Virus record (IMG/VR): IMGVR_UViG_3300012971_000047
Coordinates: 1 to 35,129 of that record
Length of the DNA stretch: 35,129 bases
Source of the DNA: a virus
Lineage: Duplodnaviria; Caudoviricetes
Reading direction: 5' to 3' (one strand)
Positions 1 to 9,521 of this stretch are shown in pieces. The notes beneath the pieces were generated by a model. That model was not told the DNA's origin and searched no databases. It was given only the letters and a program-made list of their open reading frames with translations. How positions within the stretch are numbered: the first letter of the stretch is position 1; every line of letters begins with the position of its first letter. A program made the translations under genes and the position numbers.

Positions 1-96
1 CGGTCAAGGAAGGCGGTCATGGCCAGCGAGAGGAAGAAGAGTCGCGGGCCATCCATCCGACTCGGCCCGGTTCTCTCCCGTGAAGAGAAGAAGTGA
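1..96 (+). CDS. Partial or short basic hypothetical protein (3' end; ...MASERKKSRGPSIRLGPVLSREEKK)
   Basis: Frame 1 is open from the window edge to TGA at 94-96, just before the ATG at 103. Confidence 0.4.
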   Translation, partial: RSRKAVMASERKKSRGPSIRLGPVLSREEKK

Positions 97-102
97 GGTC
101 CC

Positions 103-393
103 ATGGCGAATGTACTCACTGATAGCCAACTGAATGATCTCTACCGAGCTGGGATCGTTCGCAACCACACATTTGCCTTGCGAATGATTTTTCAGGCCGG
201 GCAGGTGGTCGGGGGCACCCCGTTCAGCGAAGGCGAGGAGTTTCTGACTGTACCGGACGCCGGTCCGGAGGCTCCAGTTCCCGTCGTTGCGGAAGTCGCA
301 CCACGACAAGGCCCCGTCGCACATCATCAACACACTGATCATGGTCCCGTCGCGCATCATCAACACACTGATCGTACACGCAAAGGAAAGTAG
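103..393 (+). CDS. Hypothetical protein with His-rich C-terminal repeat
   Basis: 96-aa ORF with GAGG upstream; fits the tightly packed + strand run. Confidence 0.6.
   Translation: MANVLTDSQLNDLYRAGIVRNHTFALRMIFQAGQVVGGTPFSEGEEFLTVPDAGPEAPVPVVAEVAPRQGPVAHHQHTDHGPVAHHQHTDRTRKGK
310..373 (+). repeat. 33-bp-period tandem duplication (GPVAHHQHTD x2)
   Basis: ggccccgtcgcacatcatcaacacactgatc (310-340) vs ggtcccgtcgcgcatcatcaacacactgatc (343-373). Confidence 0.9.
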
Positions 394-396
394 GTC

Positions 397-576
397 ATGG
401 TTTACAGTCCGTCTGACAAGTCCGAACACTACAAGAAGCCCGCCGTCGATCCACGACAGAGGAAGCCGACGAAGCACCTGCCGGTCGCGAGCAAGCGCAA
501 GGGCTCCGCCAAGGGCGGGCGCAAAGGCTTTCTCAAGAACATGGGCGGGATGAAGCTGGGGAAAGACGACAATTGA
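397..576 (+). CDS. Small Lys/Arg-rich protein, 59 aa (not in ORF track)
   Basis: Hand translation MVYSPSDKSEHYKKPAVDPRQRKPTKHLPVASKRKGSAKGGRKGFLKNMGGMKLGKDDN; AAGGA upstream; fills the gap after 103..393. Confidence 0.65.
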   Translation: MVYSPSDKSEHYKKPAVDPRQRKPTKHLPVASKRKGSAKGGRKGFLKNMGGMKLGKDDN

Positions 577-752
577 TCGCTGAGATCCTCAGTCGTTGGC
601 TCTTTCCGGTGAAGCCGGAAGACGTCGAGCCCTACGCCGTCGACTGGATTTTCTCTCCTGACGAGGACAACGACGAGGAGAGCGAGACCGGGTTCAACGA
701 TCCCAGTGGATGGGAGCCCGGTGACCAGGACGAGGATGAAGAGGACGAGTGA
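573..752 (+). CDS. Small highly acidic protein, 59 aa, TTG start (not in ORF track)
   Basis: MIAEILSRWLFPVKPEDVEPYAVDWIFSPDEDNDEESETGFNDPSGWEPGDQDEDEEDE; TTGA overlap with the previous stop and TGATG overlap with the next start. Confidence 0.55.
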   Translation: MIAEILSRWLFPVKPEDVEPYAVDWIFSPDEDNDEESETGFNDPSGWEPGDQDEDEEDE

Positions 753-919
753 TGCCCTGGCAACCTGGTGACGCCAAGCGTCACACCAAGAAAGCCACGA
801 GCGCAAAGAAGCAACGCCAATGGGCTCATGTTGCCGACAAAGCCCTCTCACGAGGGTCGTCGGAGGCGAGTGCCATTCGGCAAGCCAATGCGGTCGTGGC
901 GAGGAAAAAGCGGAAATAG
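752..919 (+). CDS. Small basic protein, ChaB-like helical pattern, 55 aa (not in ORF track)
   Basis: MPWQPGDAKRHTKKATSAKKQRQWAHVADKALSRGSSEASAIRQANAVVARKKRK; the MPW...W.hVA...L......AIR.A.A.V pattern recalls ChaB-like phage proteins; TGATG coupling. Confidence 0.65.
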   Translation: MPWQPGDAKRHTKKATSAKKQRQWAHVADKALSRGSSEASAIRQANAVVARKKRK

Positions 920-921
920 AT

Positions 922-1278
922 ATGGCAGGAGCACCCAAGGGGAATCAGAACCGACGTAAGGACCGGCTTCTTCAGGCCGCGTTTCGTCGGGAGCTGACAC
1001 AGAACCCTGAAGACGCATTGCTGATTGCGCAGGCCGCGATTGCGAAGGCCAAAGAGGGGGACATGCAGGCCGCCACGTTCGTGCGTGACACCTGCGATGG
1101 CAAACCGGATCACAGGATCGACATTGGCACCGACATTGCCGAAGAACTGGCGGTGATGACCAACGATGAACTCCGAGCAGCCGTCATGGGAAGAATGGCC
1201 CCATTTTTGCGACCGGCTCTCCGCAGCCTGGCTCGAAACGGAGAGGATGGGACCGGAGGCGATCAGAGAGCTAATTAA
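922..1278 (+). CDS. terS: Terminase small subunit
   Basis: Starts MAGAPKGNQN, a common TerS N-terminal motif; contains AKAKEGDMQAATFVRDTCDGKP; directly upstream of terL. ATG 922 preferred over the track start at 820. Confidence 0.75.
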   Translation: MAGAPKGNQNRRKDRLLQAAFRRELTQNPEDALLIAQAAIAKAKEGDMQAATFVRDTCDGKPDHRIDIGTDIAEELAVMTNDELRAAVMGRMAPFLRPALRSLARNGEDGTGGDQRAN

Positions 1279-2755
1279 GGTCGATCGGTACTACCTTCTC
1301 GTCAAGATCCTCAAGCGCAAGGATCTGCTGCATCCCTGGCTGTATGCGCGCTGCCGTGAAGTCGAGGCCGCGCCAGATGGGTACATCGACATCTGGGCAC
1401 GCGAGCACTACAAGTCATCGATTGTCACCTACGGAGGGGTGATCCAAGAGGTGTTGAGGGATCCCGAGATCACCATTGGGATCTTCTCGCACGTCAAACC
1501 GATTGCGAAAGCGTTCCTGGCGCAGATCAAACGCGAGTTTGAGGCGAACGAGCCGCTGCGCCATTTGTTCCCCGAGATCTTCTACGAGGACCCGCAGCGC
1601 CAGTCGCCATCCTGGTCGCTGGACAACGGGATCATCGTCAAGCGCGAGGGGAACCCGAAAGAGGCGACGATCGAGGCCCACGGCCTGGTCGACGGGCAGC
1701 CGACTGCCAAGCACTTCAAGCTCCTGGTGTACGACGACGTCGTCACACAGGAGTCGGTGAGTACGCCGGACCAGATCGCGAAGACCACGGAAGCGTGGTC
1801 GCTTTCGGACAACTTGGGCAGCATCGGGGGTCGGAAGTGGCACTTGGGAACGCGGTACCACTTCGCCGACACCTACTCCGAGATCATCAAACGCGGCGCG
1901 GCTACGCCGCGGATCTACCCCGCCACGGACGACGGGACCCCGGAGGGGAACCCGGTGCTCTTCCCGGTGAAGGTGTGGGAGGACAAGAAACGGGACCAGC
2001 TTGAGTCGACGATCGCGACTCAGATGCTCGCCAACCCGCTGGCTGGCAAACAGCGGATGTTCAATGCCGATGACCTCCAGGTCTACGAAGTCCGCCCCCT
2101 GACCCTGATGGCGTATCTGCTGATCGATCCTGCACGGTCGGTCAAGAAGGACAGCGCTCACACGGCCATGGTGGTGCTGGGGGTGGATGCCGCCGGCAAC
2201 AAGTACTTGCTCGATGGCGTTGACCACAAGATGGACCTGATGGAGCGCTGGCGCTGGATGCGGGACCTGTGGGACCGGTGGAGCCGGGCTCCCGGGGTCG
2301 TTGGCGTCCAGGTGGGCTACGAGCGCTTCGGTGCTATCGCGGACCTTGACTACTTCAAAGAGCGCCAGCGCATCGAGAACTATCGGTTCGAGATTGTGGA
2401 ACTGGAGTGGCCGCGGGAAGGCGAGGGCAGCAAGAAGGACCGGGTTCAGCGCCTGGTGCCGGACATCAAGGGGCACCGGTTCTATCTGCCGTATCCGACC
2501 AACCCCGAGAAGCTCACAACGGTGCAGCGCCGGATGGTCGAGCAGGGCTACGAGTACCGCCTGGCGCAATCGATTCGCCGGGTGGATGAGAACGACAACC
2601 TCTATGACGTGTCGGAACGATTCCGGATTCAGGTGTCGTTCTTCCCCTTCGGTGGCTTGAAGGATCTCGTGGATGCGGTGTCACGTTTGTATGACATCGA
2701 TCCGGTGACCCCAACCGTCGTGGATGAAACCTACCTTGAACCGGAGTGGACATGA
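1166..2755 (+). CDS. terL: Terminase large subunit
   Basis: Variant Walker A (AREHYKS), Walker B (LLVYDD), coupling motif (LGTRY), nuclease acidic motifs LLIDPA...KDSAHTA and KDLVDA. Start is uncertain (1166 or 1247). Confidence 0.93.
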   Translation: MNSEQPSWEEWPHFCDRLSAAWLETERMGPEAIRELIKVDRYYLLVKILKRKDLLHPWLYARCREVEAAPDGYIDIWAREHYKSSIVTYGGVIQEVLRDPEITIGIFSHVKPIAKAFLAQIKREFEANEPLRHLFPEIFYEDPQRQSPSWSLDNGIIVKREGNPKEATIEAHGLVDGQPTAKHFKLLVYDDVVTQESVSTPDQIAKTTEAWSLSDNLGSIGGRKWHLGTRYHFADTYSEIIKRGAATPRIYPATDDGTPEGNPVLFPVKVWEDKKRDQLESTIATQMLANPLAGKQRMFNADDLQVYEVRPLTLMAYLLIDPARSVKKDSAHTAMVVLGVDAAGNKYLLDGVDHKMDLMERWRWMRDLWDRWSRAPGVVGVQVGYERFGAIADLDYFKERQRIENYRFEIVELEWPREGEGSKKDRVQRLVPDIKGHRFYLPYPTNPEKLTTVQRRMVEQGYEYRLAQSIRRVDENDNLYDVSERFRIQVSFFPFGGLKDLVDAVSRLYDIDPVTPTVVDETYLEPEWT

Positions 2756-3258
2756 GCGGGTCGACGATGCCACTGCTGAGCTACGGATCAGCGGGGTCCC
2801 CGTCAGTGACCTTCGTGATCAACGCAGGCGCGGACGGCGGCGCTTACCCGTTCTTGGGGACATGGGAGACCGGAGGGGCCGGATTCTCGGACAGTCATGC
2901 GGGGGAGTACTCCGGGATGAATAACATCGGGAGTGTCTCCAGTCCGGTACCGCCCTTCTTCAAAACACAGCGATTGCTTTGCGCCGGAGAATACAACGGC
3001 TTTGGGTTTGGCCCACCGGTCAACGGGGACACCATTTTCATTTGTTTCCCGGCCGGGATGCCACAGAACTTCTTTTCATCGATAAACGTCGTGCACATTG
3101 ACGCAGGGCCGAACTTCTTTACTGCCAGCGCTGATTACTTCAATTCGAACTGGAGTACCGACGTGGATCCACCGGTCACTGTGTGGGCGTGGCTCAACAC
3201 GTTGCCTTCTCCGCTCTTCCAGAATGGTCAGTTGACTGAAGTTACATTCAGTCCGTGA
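2752..3258 (+). CDS. Hypothetical beta-rich protein, possibly virion accessory
   Basis: ATGA overlap with the terL stop; rich in G/S/F/P with very few basic residues. Confidence 0.6.
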   Translation: MSGSTMPLLSYGSAGSPSVTFVINAGADGGAYPFLGTWETGGAGFSDSHAGEYSGMNNIGSVSSPVPPFFKTQRLLCAGEYNGFGFGPPVNGDTIFICFPAGMPQNFFSSINVVHIDAGPNFFTASADYFNSNWSTDVDPPVTVWAWLNTLPSPLFQNGQLTEVTFSP

Positions 3259-3266
3259 GTTAATAC

Positions 3267-3548
3267 ATGGCATCCCCACCGCTCCCCCCTCTGCCTGCAT
3301 CTCTCGGTAGGCAGGTCACCGCGCGCGACTTCAATTTGTTGGAAATGGTGACACGGGCTTGGGGCGGGGAGTTCAGCGCACCAGATCACGCCATCTACAC
3401 TTTTGGTAACGGCGCACGCCGCTTTGACTCGACCGATCTGGGGGTCACCGGGATCTACAGCCGTGGCGTCTTCACTCTGCTGCTCGATGATACGAATGGC
3501 TCTGACATCGACGATGGCAACGGGGCCCCGATCTATTCCGAGCCCTGA
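3267..3548 (+). CDS. Hypothetical phage protein
   Basis: 93-aa ORF, TGATG-coupled to the next gene; acidic LLLDDTNG tail. Confidence 0.6.
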   Translation: MASPPLPPLPASLGRQVTARDFNLLEMVTRAWGGEFSAPDHAIYTFGNGARRFDSTDLGVTGIYSRGVFTLLLDDTNGSDIDDGNGAPIYSEP

Positions 3549-5074
3549 TGCCGAAGATTCCGGATTACCCGCGGGTCACCTCACTGTTGACCGGGCGGGA
3601 ACTGATTCCGCTCGATACACAGGTTCCGGATAACCCCACGACGGCTGCTGCGACATCGAGCACGATCGTACAGTCGCTGCAGCCAGGCACGGTGGGGACT
3701 GTTGTCGGGGATCTCGGCTATCAGAATAGCCCGATCAGTCTGCAATTCGGTGACTACGTCCTGCAGGCATCGGATGCGGGCGTGACGATTGTTCTGGGTG
3801 ATGACGAATCCCGTGCGATTGATGCGACGTTCCTGATCCCCTCGGATGCGACAGTCGATCTGCCGCTCGGGACGGTCTTCACGTTCGTCAGCCTGTCCTT
3901 GGGTACGCTGACGATCGACATAGACACTGATTCGATGTTCCAGGCCGGGACGACGACGACCGGGCCGTTCACGATGGCGCAGAACCAGACGGGGACTGCG
4001 GTCAAGGTCGATACGACCACCTGGCTCATCACGGTATCGCTGGCGGCCCCGCCGCCTCCGGCGACGCTGTGGACGCTCACGAGTAGCGCCACGGGCTCGT
4101 ACTTCGCTGTGGCGTACGGCAATGGCCTGTGGATTGCAGGAGGCGCTGCAGCCGGGGCGGGACCGCCCGCCACTCTGGTCAAATCGACAGACGGTGGCGC
4201 TACATGGTCTACCTTCACGGTAGACCCCAGCGTGATGCTGGCGTGCTATGCGATCCGCTATCTCAACAGTCAATGGGTTCTCGCTGGAGTCGACAATGGT
4301 TCTCCAGCGCAGTTGGTTATTTACACGTCCCCGGATGGGGCGACATGGACCAACCGCTTACATGATGTCGGCGGGGTCTCGGGCAGCTTGCCCACCGACG
4401 TGCAATGGAACGGCAGCAACTATCTTGTGTTGGATCAAGGAAACAGCAATCGCTGGACATCTCCTGACGGGCACACCTGGAGCAAGAATCTAGGGGGCGG
4501 CTCGATCACGTTACTCGGCGGGCTGATAGACCTGCACGGCACCAATTTTGTGACGATGTGGGATCTCACGACTTCTGGATCCGCCAATCAATGTCAGGTG
4601 GCGCAATCGAGCAATGGCCAGCCGCCGTGGAATAACTTGGCTAGTGCATTACAAGTGAAACTCAACACACTGGCCTTTACTCCGGCACTTCTCGGGGCCT
4701 GTGGTTTGGTGCATCTGGGGTCGACGTACATCATGGGTGGCGGCAACGATTCCTCCAGCAACGTGTTTGTAGAGACCATCACGAACATCAGCCCGTGGAC
4801 CAGCAGTCTCCACCAGTGCTTCGCGACTGCCACGGGAGAATCGATTTTCGGCATTTGTGCGGGGCCCACGGTGAGCAGCGGGAACCTGTTTTGCGTAGGC
4901 GGCACAAACGGCAGTGTCGCGACCTCTGGTGATGGGCTGACGTGGTCGGATGAGACCTCACAGTGTCCGATGACGAACGGGGTCAATGCGCTCGCGGCTG
5001 GGCTCGATGGGAGTGGTAACGCGATTTTCGTTGCAGTCGGCTTCAACCAAATCGCAGTGCGCAAGGATCTTTGA
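3548..5074 (+). CDS. Fibre-like N-terminal domain plus Asp-box (BNR) beta-propeller
   Basis: Asp-box motifs STDGGATW, SPDGATW, SPDGHTW, SGDGLTW; an APPPPA linker separates the two domains. Confidence 0.8.
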   Translation: MPKIPDYPRVTSLLTGRELIPLDTQVPDNPTTAAATSSTIVQSLQPGTVGTVVGDLGYQNSPISLQFGDYVLQASDAGVTIVLGDDESRAIDATFLIPSDATVDLPLGTVFTFVSLSLGTLTIDIDTDSMFQAGTTTTGPFTMAQNQTGTAVKVDTTTWLITVSLAAPPPPATLWTLTSSATGSYFAVAYGNGLWIAGGAAAGAGPPATLVKSTDGGATWSTFTVDPSVMLACYAIRYLNSQWVLAGVDNGSPAQLVIYTSPDGATWTNRLHDVGGVSGSLPTDVQWNGSNYLVLDQGNSNRWTSPDGHTWSKNLGGGSITLLGGLIDLHGTNFVTMWDLTTSGSANQCQVAQSSNGQPPWNNLASALQVKLNTLAFTPALLGACGLVHLGSTYIMGGGNDSSSNVFVETITNISPWTSSLHQCFATATGESIFGICAGPTVSSGNLFCVGGTNGSVATSGDGLTWSDETSQCPMTNGVNALAAGLDGSGNAIFVAVGFNQIAVRKDL

Positions 5075-5077
5075 GTC

Positions 5078-5542
5078 GTGGCCAGAATCAGTGAATACCC
5101 CGTCCTCACGACGTTGACGGGGGATGAACTCGTGCCCATGGACATGGGGATTCCGGGGACCCCGACGACCGTGGTGGCGAAGGTGTCGACGCTCGTTCAG
5201 GGACTGAAGCCAGGGAATAACAACTTCGGTTTCTTGAACATCCCGCTGAACGTTCAGTTCGGAAATTACACGCTCTTGCCATCGGATCAGGGAGCCGGTG
5301 TGGAGCTGGCGGCCGGCTTCGGGCCCGCCACGTTCAGTATCCCCTCGGGCCAGCCGCTCGGGACGCTCTTTACGTTCGTCAATCTGGATTCCAACAGTCT
5401 GACGATTCAAACGCTTAGTGACACGCTGATTCTGGCGGCGAGTACCACCACGGGTCCACGGACGCTCGCGCAGAACGGACTCGCGACGGCGATCAAGGTG
5501 GCGGCGACCACGTGGATTATCTGGGGAGCAGGACTCACATGA
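5078..5542 (+). CDS. Paralogue of the N-terminal domain of 3548..5074; fibre-tip-like
   Basis: Aligns by eye: QFGDYVLQASD/QFGNYTLLPSD, PLGTVFTFV/PLGTLFTFV, TTTGPFTMAQN/TTTGPRTLAQN. Confidence 0.75.
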   Translation: MARISEYPVLTTLTGDELVPMDMGIPGTPTTVVAKVSTLVQGLKPGNNNFGFLNIPLNVQFGNYTLLPSDQGAGVELAAGFGPATFSIPSGQPLGTLFTFVNLDSNSLTIQTLSDTLILAASTTTGPRTLAQNGLATAIKVAATTWIIWGAGLT

Positions 5543-5913
5543 TGACCCGAGATCTTGGCGTCATGGAGTTTGGCGATGCCGATGAGTTTTCCGACATGGC
5601 GCTGGCGCTGCGCATCGGCGAGCTACTCCAGAGAACGTACCCGAATCATCCCTGGATTATCGGGTTTCAGGGACGGGGCCTGGTCATCCGTCACCTCGCC
5701 ATTGCGAGCGAAGTCGCCCGCGTGATCGGGCGGGAAGGATTCTCGACGCTCCTCCCCCGAGAAAAGCTCGGGACGCCCAAGGAGCTGGCGCACAGCGTCG
5801 TGATGTTTGCCGGCGAGCTGCTCGAAGCCTTTGGCCTCCCTCGGGGGCCATGGGACGGCCGCTTGCCCGTTGTCCCCAATTGGAAACACCGACAAGAAAG
5901 GAACTTTCAATAG
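5539..5913 (+). CDS. Hypothetical protein preceding portal
   Basis: ATGA overlap at 5539-5542; its TAG abuts the portal ATG. Confidence 0.7.
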   Translation: MMTRDLGVMEFGDADEFSDMALALRIGELLQRTYPNHPWIIGFQGRGLVIRHLAIASEVARVIGREGFSTLLPREKLGTPKELAHSVVMFAGELLEAFGLPRGPWDGRLPVVPNWKHRQERNFQ

Positions 5914-8139
5914 ATGGCTGTTTCAACTCCTTGGCGCCCGCAGCCGCCCTCGATCAGTGATCCGCGGCGCGGAGACTCCACGCCATGGGAGCCCGGCGAG
6001 GAGGGGGATGATGTCGGGATGGACGTGGGGGATGCCCGGGACGATGAGCCCCCAGATTCCGATGAGGCGCCACAGCCCAATTGGATCCAGCGGGCGCGAG
6101 ACGCGTTTCAGTTCTCGACCACCTATGTCGACAGCAACTACAGGAAGAGCTGGGAAGACAGCATCCGGGCGTTCAACAGCCAGCATCCGTCCGACAGCAA
6201 GTACAACACGGAGCTGTTCCGCAAGCGCTCGAACCTGTACCGACCCAAGACCCGAGCCGTCATTCGAAAGAACGAAGCGGCAGCGGCGGCAGCGTACTTC
6301 AGCAATCTGGAGCTGGTATCGGTCGATCCGCTGAACGAGTCGATCAAGGAGTCACGGGCCTCGGCGGATGTGATGGGGCAACTGCTCCGATACCGCCTCA
6401 CCATCTCGATCCCGTGGTTCCTGATCATGATGGGTGCGATTCAGGACGCGCAGGTACAGGGCGCCTCGATCGCGCACATCTACTGGCGATTCACCGAGCG
6501 CTATGACAAGCGTGGGCGCCTCCTGTCCAAGGAGGACCAGCCGGTCATTGACCTGATCCCGATTGAGAATATGCGCATAGATCCGAGTGCGCACTGGCTC
6601 GATCCGATCAACACGTCCCCTTATCTCATCCACCTGATCCCGATGTACTGGTGCGACGTGAAGGACCGGATGAACTTTCCGGATCCCAAGGGCGTGCGGT
6701 GGAAGAAGTACCCGGCGAGCGCGGCGTTCGCTCGCGGTAACAGCGAGGACGACTCGACCCGCCAGGCTCGTATTGGTCCAGGACAGGACCCCGCCCAGCA
6801 GAAGCGGGAGATCAGCGACTACGACATCGTCTGGATTCACCGACACATCCACCGCTGGAATGGCCAGGATTGGGAGTTCTACACCCTCGCCAGCGAGCGG
6901 CTTCTGACCAAGCCGGCCTTGCTGTCTGAGAGCGTGTGGCACGGAGAGCGCCCGTACGTCATGGGCCGGGCCATGATCGAGACGCACAAGCCGATTCCGT
7001 CGAGCCTCCCGACGATGACTCGGGGCCTCCAGGACGAAGCGAACGACATCCAGAACCAGCGCAGCGACAACATCAAGTTCGTCCTGAACAAGGCGTACCT
7101 GGTGAAGCGCGGGAAGAACGTGGACCTCGCCTCCCTGGTCCGGAACGTCCCGGGCCGCATCACCCTGGTCGATGACCCGGAGAAGGACGTCCAGGAGGTG
7201 AACTGGCAGGACGTGACCCAGAGTGCGTATCTGGAGCAGGACCGGATCGATGGGGACTTCAACGACATCGCCGGCAACTTCTCCCCGCTCCAGGTGAATA
7301 CGGCCCGGACTCCTCGGGAGTCCACGCACACGATGAAGATGCTGGCGGCGCCGTCGAATCTGCTCACCGAGTACATGCTGAAGACGCACACGGAGACCTT
7401 CGCGCAGCCTGTTTTGCGGCAGCTCATGATGCTGGAGCAGGAGTACGAGACCGATGAGGTGGTCCTCGCGCTCGCCGGCCAGAAGGCCCAGCTCAATCAG
7501 AAGTACGGCATGAACCAGGTCACGGACGACTTACTCGATCGACAATTGACGCTCACCGTCAATGTTGGCATGGGCGCCACGGACCCGGTGATGAAGCTGC
7601 AGCGGTTCGTCTACGCCGTGATGAGCTTCGCCAATATCGCCCGTCAGCCCCCTCCGGGGCTCGATCTGAAGATGGTGGCGAAGGAATTGTTCGGACTGTC
7701 CGGCTACCAAGACGGGGCACGATTCATGATCGAAGGGCAGGACCCAGAAGTCGTCAAGCTGATGCAGCAGAACCAGGAGCTGATGAAGCGCCTGCAGCAG
7801 GTCGGCATCCAGATCAAGAACAAGGAAGGCGCGAACGTTGTGAAGCTCCAGGCGACTCGCGAGACGAATCAGACCCGCCTCACGGGCCTGCGGGAGACCA
7901 ACGAGACCCGCATGAATCTGGAGCGGCTGCGTCTGGGGCAGCAGGCGCAATCGGAGCGGGGGCAACGAGCCCACGAGGTCGGCATGGAAGACATGCGGCA
8001 GAAGCAGGCGAGCCGGGAACTCCTCGCGCAGCACATCATGAAGCTCGACGAGAACAACCCGATCTACGCGGCAGACGCGCAGCGTCAGGGTCGCTTGTAC
8101 GAGACGGCCGGCGGTATGCCGCCCGCGCCCAGTGCTTGA
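5914..8139 (+). CDS. Portal protein (podovirus type, long C-terminal helical extension)
   Basis: 741 aa between terL and scaffold/capsid; LQDEANDIQNQRSDN and RNVPGRI portal-like segments; Q/E/R-rich coiled-coil tail. Confidence 0.88.
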   Translation: MAVSTPWRPQPPSISDPRRGDSTPWEPGEEGDDVGMDVGDARDDEPPDSDEAPQPNWIQRARDAFQFSTTYVDSNYRKSWEDSIRAFNSQHPSDSKYNTELFRKRSNLYRPKTRAVIRKNEAAAAAAYFSNLELVSVDPLNESIKESRASADVMGQLLRYRLTISIPWFLIMMGAIQDAQVQGASIAHIYWRFTERYDKRGRLLSKEDQPVIDLIPIENMRIDPSAHWLDPINTSPYLIHLIPMYWCDVKDRMNFPDPKGVRWKKYPASAAFARGNSEDDSTRQARIGPGQDPAQQKREISDYDIVWIHRHIHRWNGQDWEFYTLASERLLTKPALLSESVWHGERPYVMGRAMIETHKPIPSSLPTMTRGLQDEANDIQNQRSDNIKFVLNKAYLVKRGKNVDLASLVRNVPGRITLVDDPEKDVQEVNWQDVTQSAYLEQDRIDGDFNDIAGNFSPLQVNTARTPRESTHTMKMLAAPSNLLTEYMLKTHTETFAQPVLRQLMMLEQEYETDEVVLALAGQKAQLNQKYGMNQVTDDLLDRQLTLTVNVGMGATDPVMKLQRFVYAVMSFANIARQPPPGLDLKMVAKELFGLSGYQDGARFMIEGQDPEVVKLMQQNQELMKRLQQVGIQIKNKEGANVVKLQATRETNQTRLTGLRETNETRMNLERLRLGQQAQSERGQRAHEVGMEDMRQKQASRELLAQHIMKLDENNPIYAADAQRQGRLYETAGGMPPAPSA

Positions 8140-8413
8140 CCCCAACGATCCGGTCGTCGAATGGGCGAAGTTCGGCGTCCAGGTTGAAGATTTCATCAAT
8201 AGCCCGGTCGGTCAGTTCCTGGTGGACAAGGCGCGTGCGCAGATCAACGACGCCCTTGAAAAGCTCCAGGTCGCAGACCCCGAAGATCCGAAGATCATCC
8301 GCGCGCTCCAGAACCAGGCATGCGTTGCGGAATCCATCATGCAGTGGCTAGGCGAGGCCATCCGAGAAGGACAAGGCGCGCTCAATGCCTTGAGGGAAGA
8401 ACATGGCGAATGA
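8132..8413 (+). CDS. Small helical protein between portal and scaffold
   Basis: 93 aa; overlaps both neighbours; this position is commonly occupied in podovirus head modules. Confidence 0.7.
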   Translation: MLDPNDPVVEWAKFGVQVEDFINSPVGQFLVDKARAQINDALEKLQVADPEDPKIIRALQNQACVAESIMQWLGEAIREGQGALNALREEHGE

Positions 8414-9521
8414 GACTGAGACGAAGAAAGAGCCTACCGCAGAGGAAACCCAAGGCGAACGGATCGCTCGCGCCCGCAAGGCCGCGGAGGACCGGAACAA
8501 CGCTCGGGTGGCTCGTATGAACGAGATCGCCGATCAGAACGACAAGAGCGGCGCGGCAGAGATGCAGGACACGGACGGCAACCGGCTGGTCATGCGGGAG
8601 GAGACGCCGGAGGAGAAGGAAGAGGCCGCGGCCCGTGAGGACGCGGAGTCTCAGCGCTATCTCGCGGAGGAGGAAGCTCGGGCATTGCAACAGGAGGGAA
8701 TCGAGCCGGAGACAGAGCAGGCAGCCGAGAAGCAGGAGCCCGAGAAACCAACAGAGACACAAGCTGCGCAAGACGTTAAGACCATCAATGGGGTGGTTCA
8801 CTACCTCACCGTCGTCAACGGGCGGGAGAAGTGGCTGACGTTGGAACAGCTCCGCACCGCTGCACAAAAAGTGGAATCTGCGGACGAGTACTTGGCAAGC
8901 GCCGCGGCATCGGTTAGGAATAGCGCAAGGCTGGCTCTATCCGAAGAGAAGGACGAGTCCAGCAAGGTCGAATCCGAGCCGGAGGTCGACCTGGAGAAGA
9001 CGCTCAGCTCCGTGGCAATGGGCGATGAAGAGGCGATTAAGCAGCTCGCATCTGTAGTACGGGGCCTGCAAAAACAGGCTCAAGCAAAACCATCGGCGGT
9101 GACTCCCGACGTTTTGCAGCAGTTCGATGAGCGTTGGTCGTTTCGGCGAGCAGTCGAGTGGTTTGAGGAGCAGTACCAGGACGTTCTGAGTGATCCGAAG
9201 CTGAAGAAGCTGGTGTACGACAAGGATACGGAGCTTTTCAACTCCGATCCGAAGATGCCGTACAAACAGCGGCTCAAAGCCGCTGGCGATGAAATTCGCG
9301 GCTGGATTCAACAGCAGAAGGGCACTCAGCCGGTCAAGGCCGCTGTGACTGAAACCAAGGTCGACCGCAAAAAGACTCTCGTCAACGTGCCGAGTGCTGC
9401 CCAACGGCAGACCCCGGTCGAGGACGAGGAAGCCGAAGAGTCCGTGGAGGACGCCATCCAAAAGATGGCGCGAGCCCGCGGGCAGGCCCGGGCAATAGTG
9501 CACGGGCGAACACCACGCTGA
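8403..9521 (+). CDS. Capsid scaffolding protein
   Basis: Acidic and helical with a VVNGREKWLTLEQLR...QK motif; basic C-terminus; immediately upstream of the major capsid gene. Confidence 0.8.
   Translation: MANETETKKEPTAEETQGERIARARKAAEDRNNARVARMNEIADQNDKSGAAEMQDTDGNRLVMREETPEEKEEAAAREDAESQRYLAEEEARALQQEGIEPETEQAAEKQEPEKPTETQAAQDVKTINGVVHYLTVVNGREKWLTLEQLRTAAQKVESADEYLASAAASVRNSARLALSEEKDESSKVESEPEVDLEKTLSSVAMGDEEAIKQLASVVRGLQKQAQAKPSAVTPDVLQQFDERWSFRRAVEWFEEQYQDVLSDPKLKKLVYDKDTELFNSDPKMPYKQRLKAAGDEIRGWIQQQKGTQPVKAAVTETKVDRKKTLVNVPSAAQRQTPVEDEEAEESVEDAIQKMARARGQARAIVHGRTPR

Noticed and set aside
820-921. Track's extended terS N-terminus
   Set aside because: This region is better explained by the 752..919 ORF, and the TerS-like motif starts at ATG 922.
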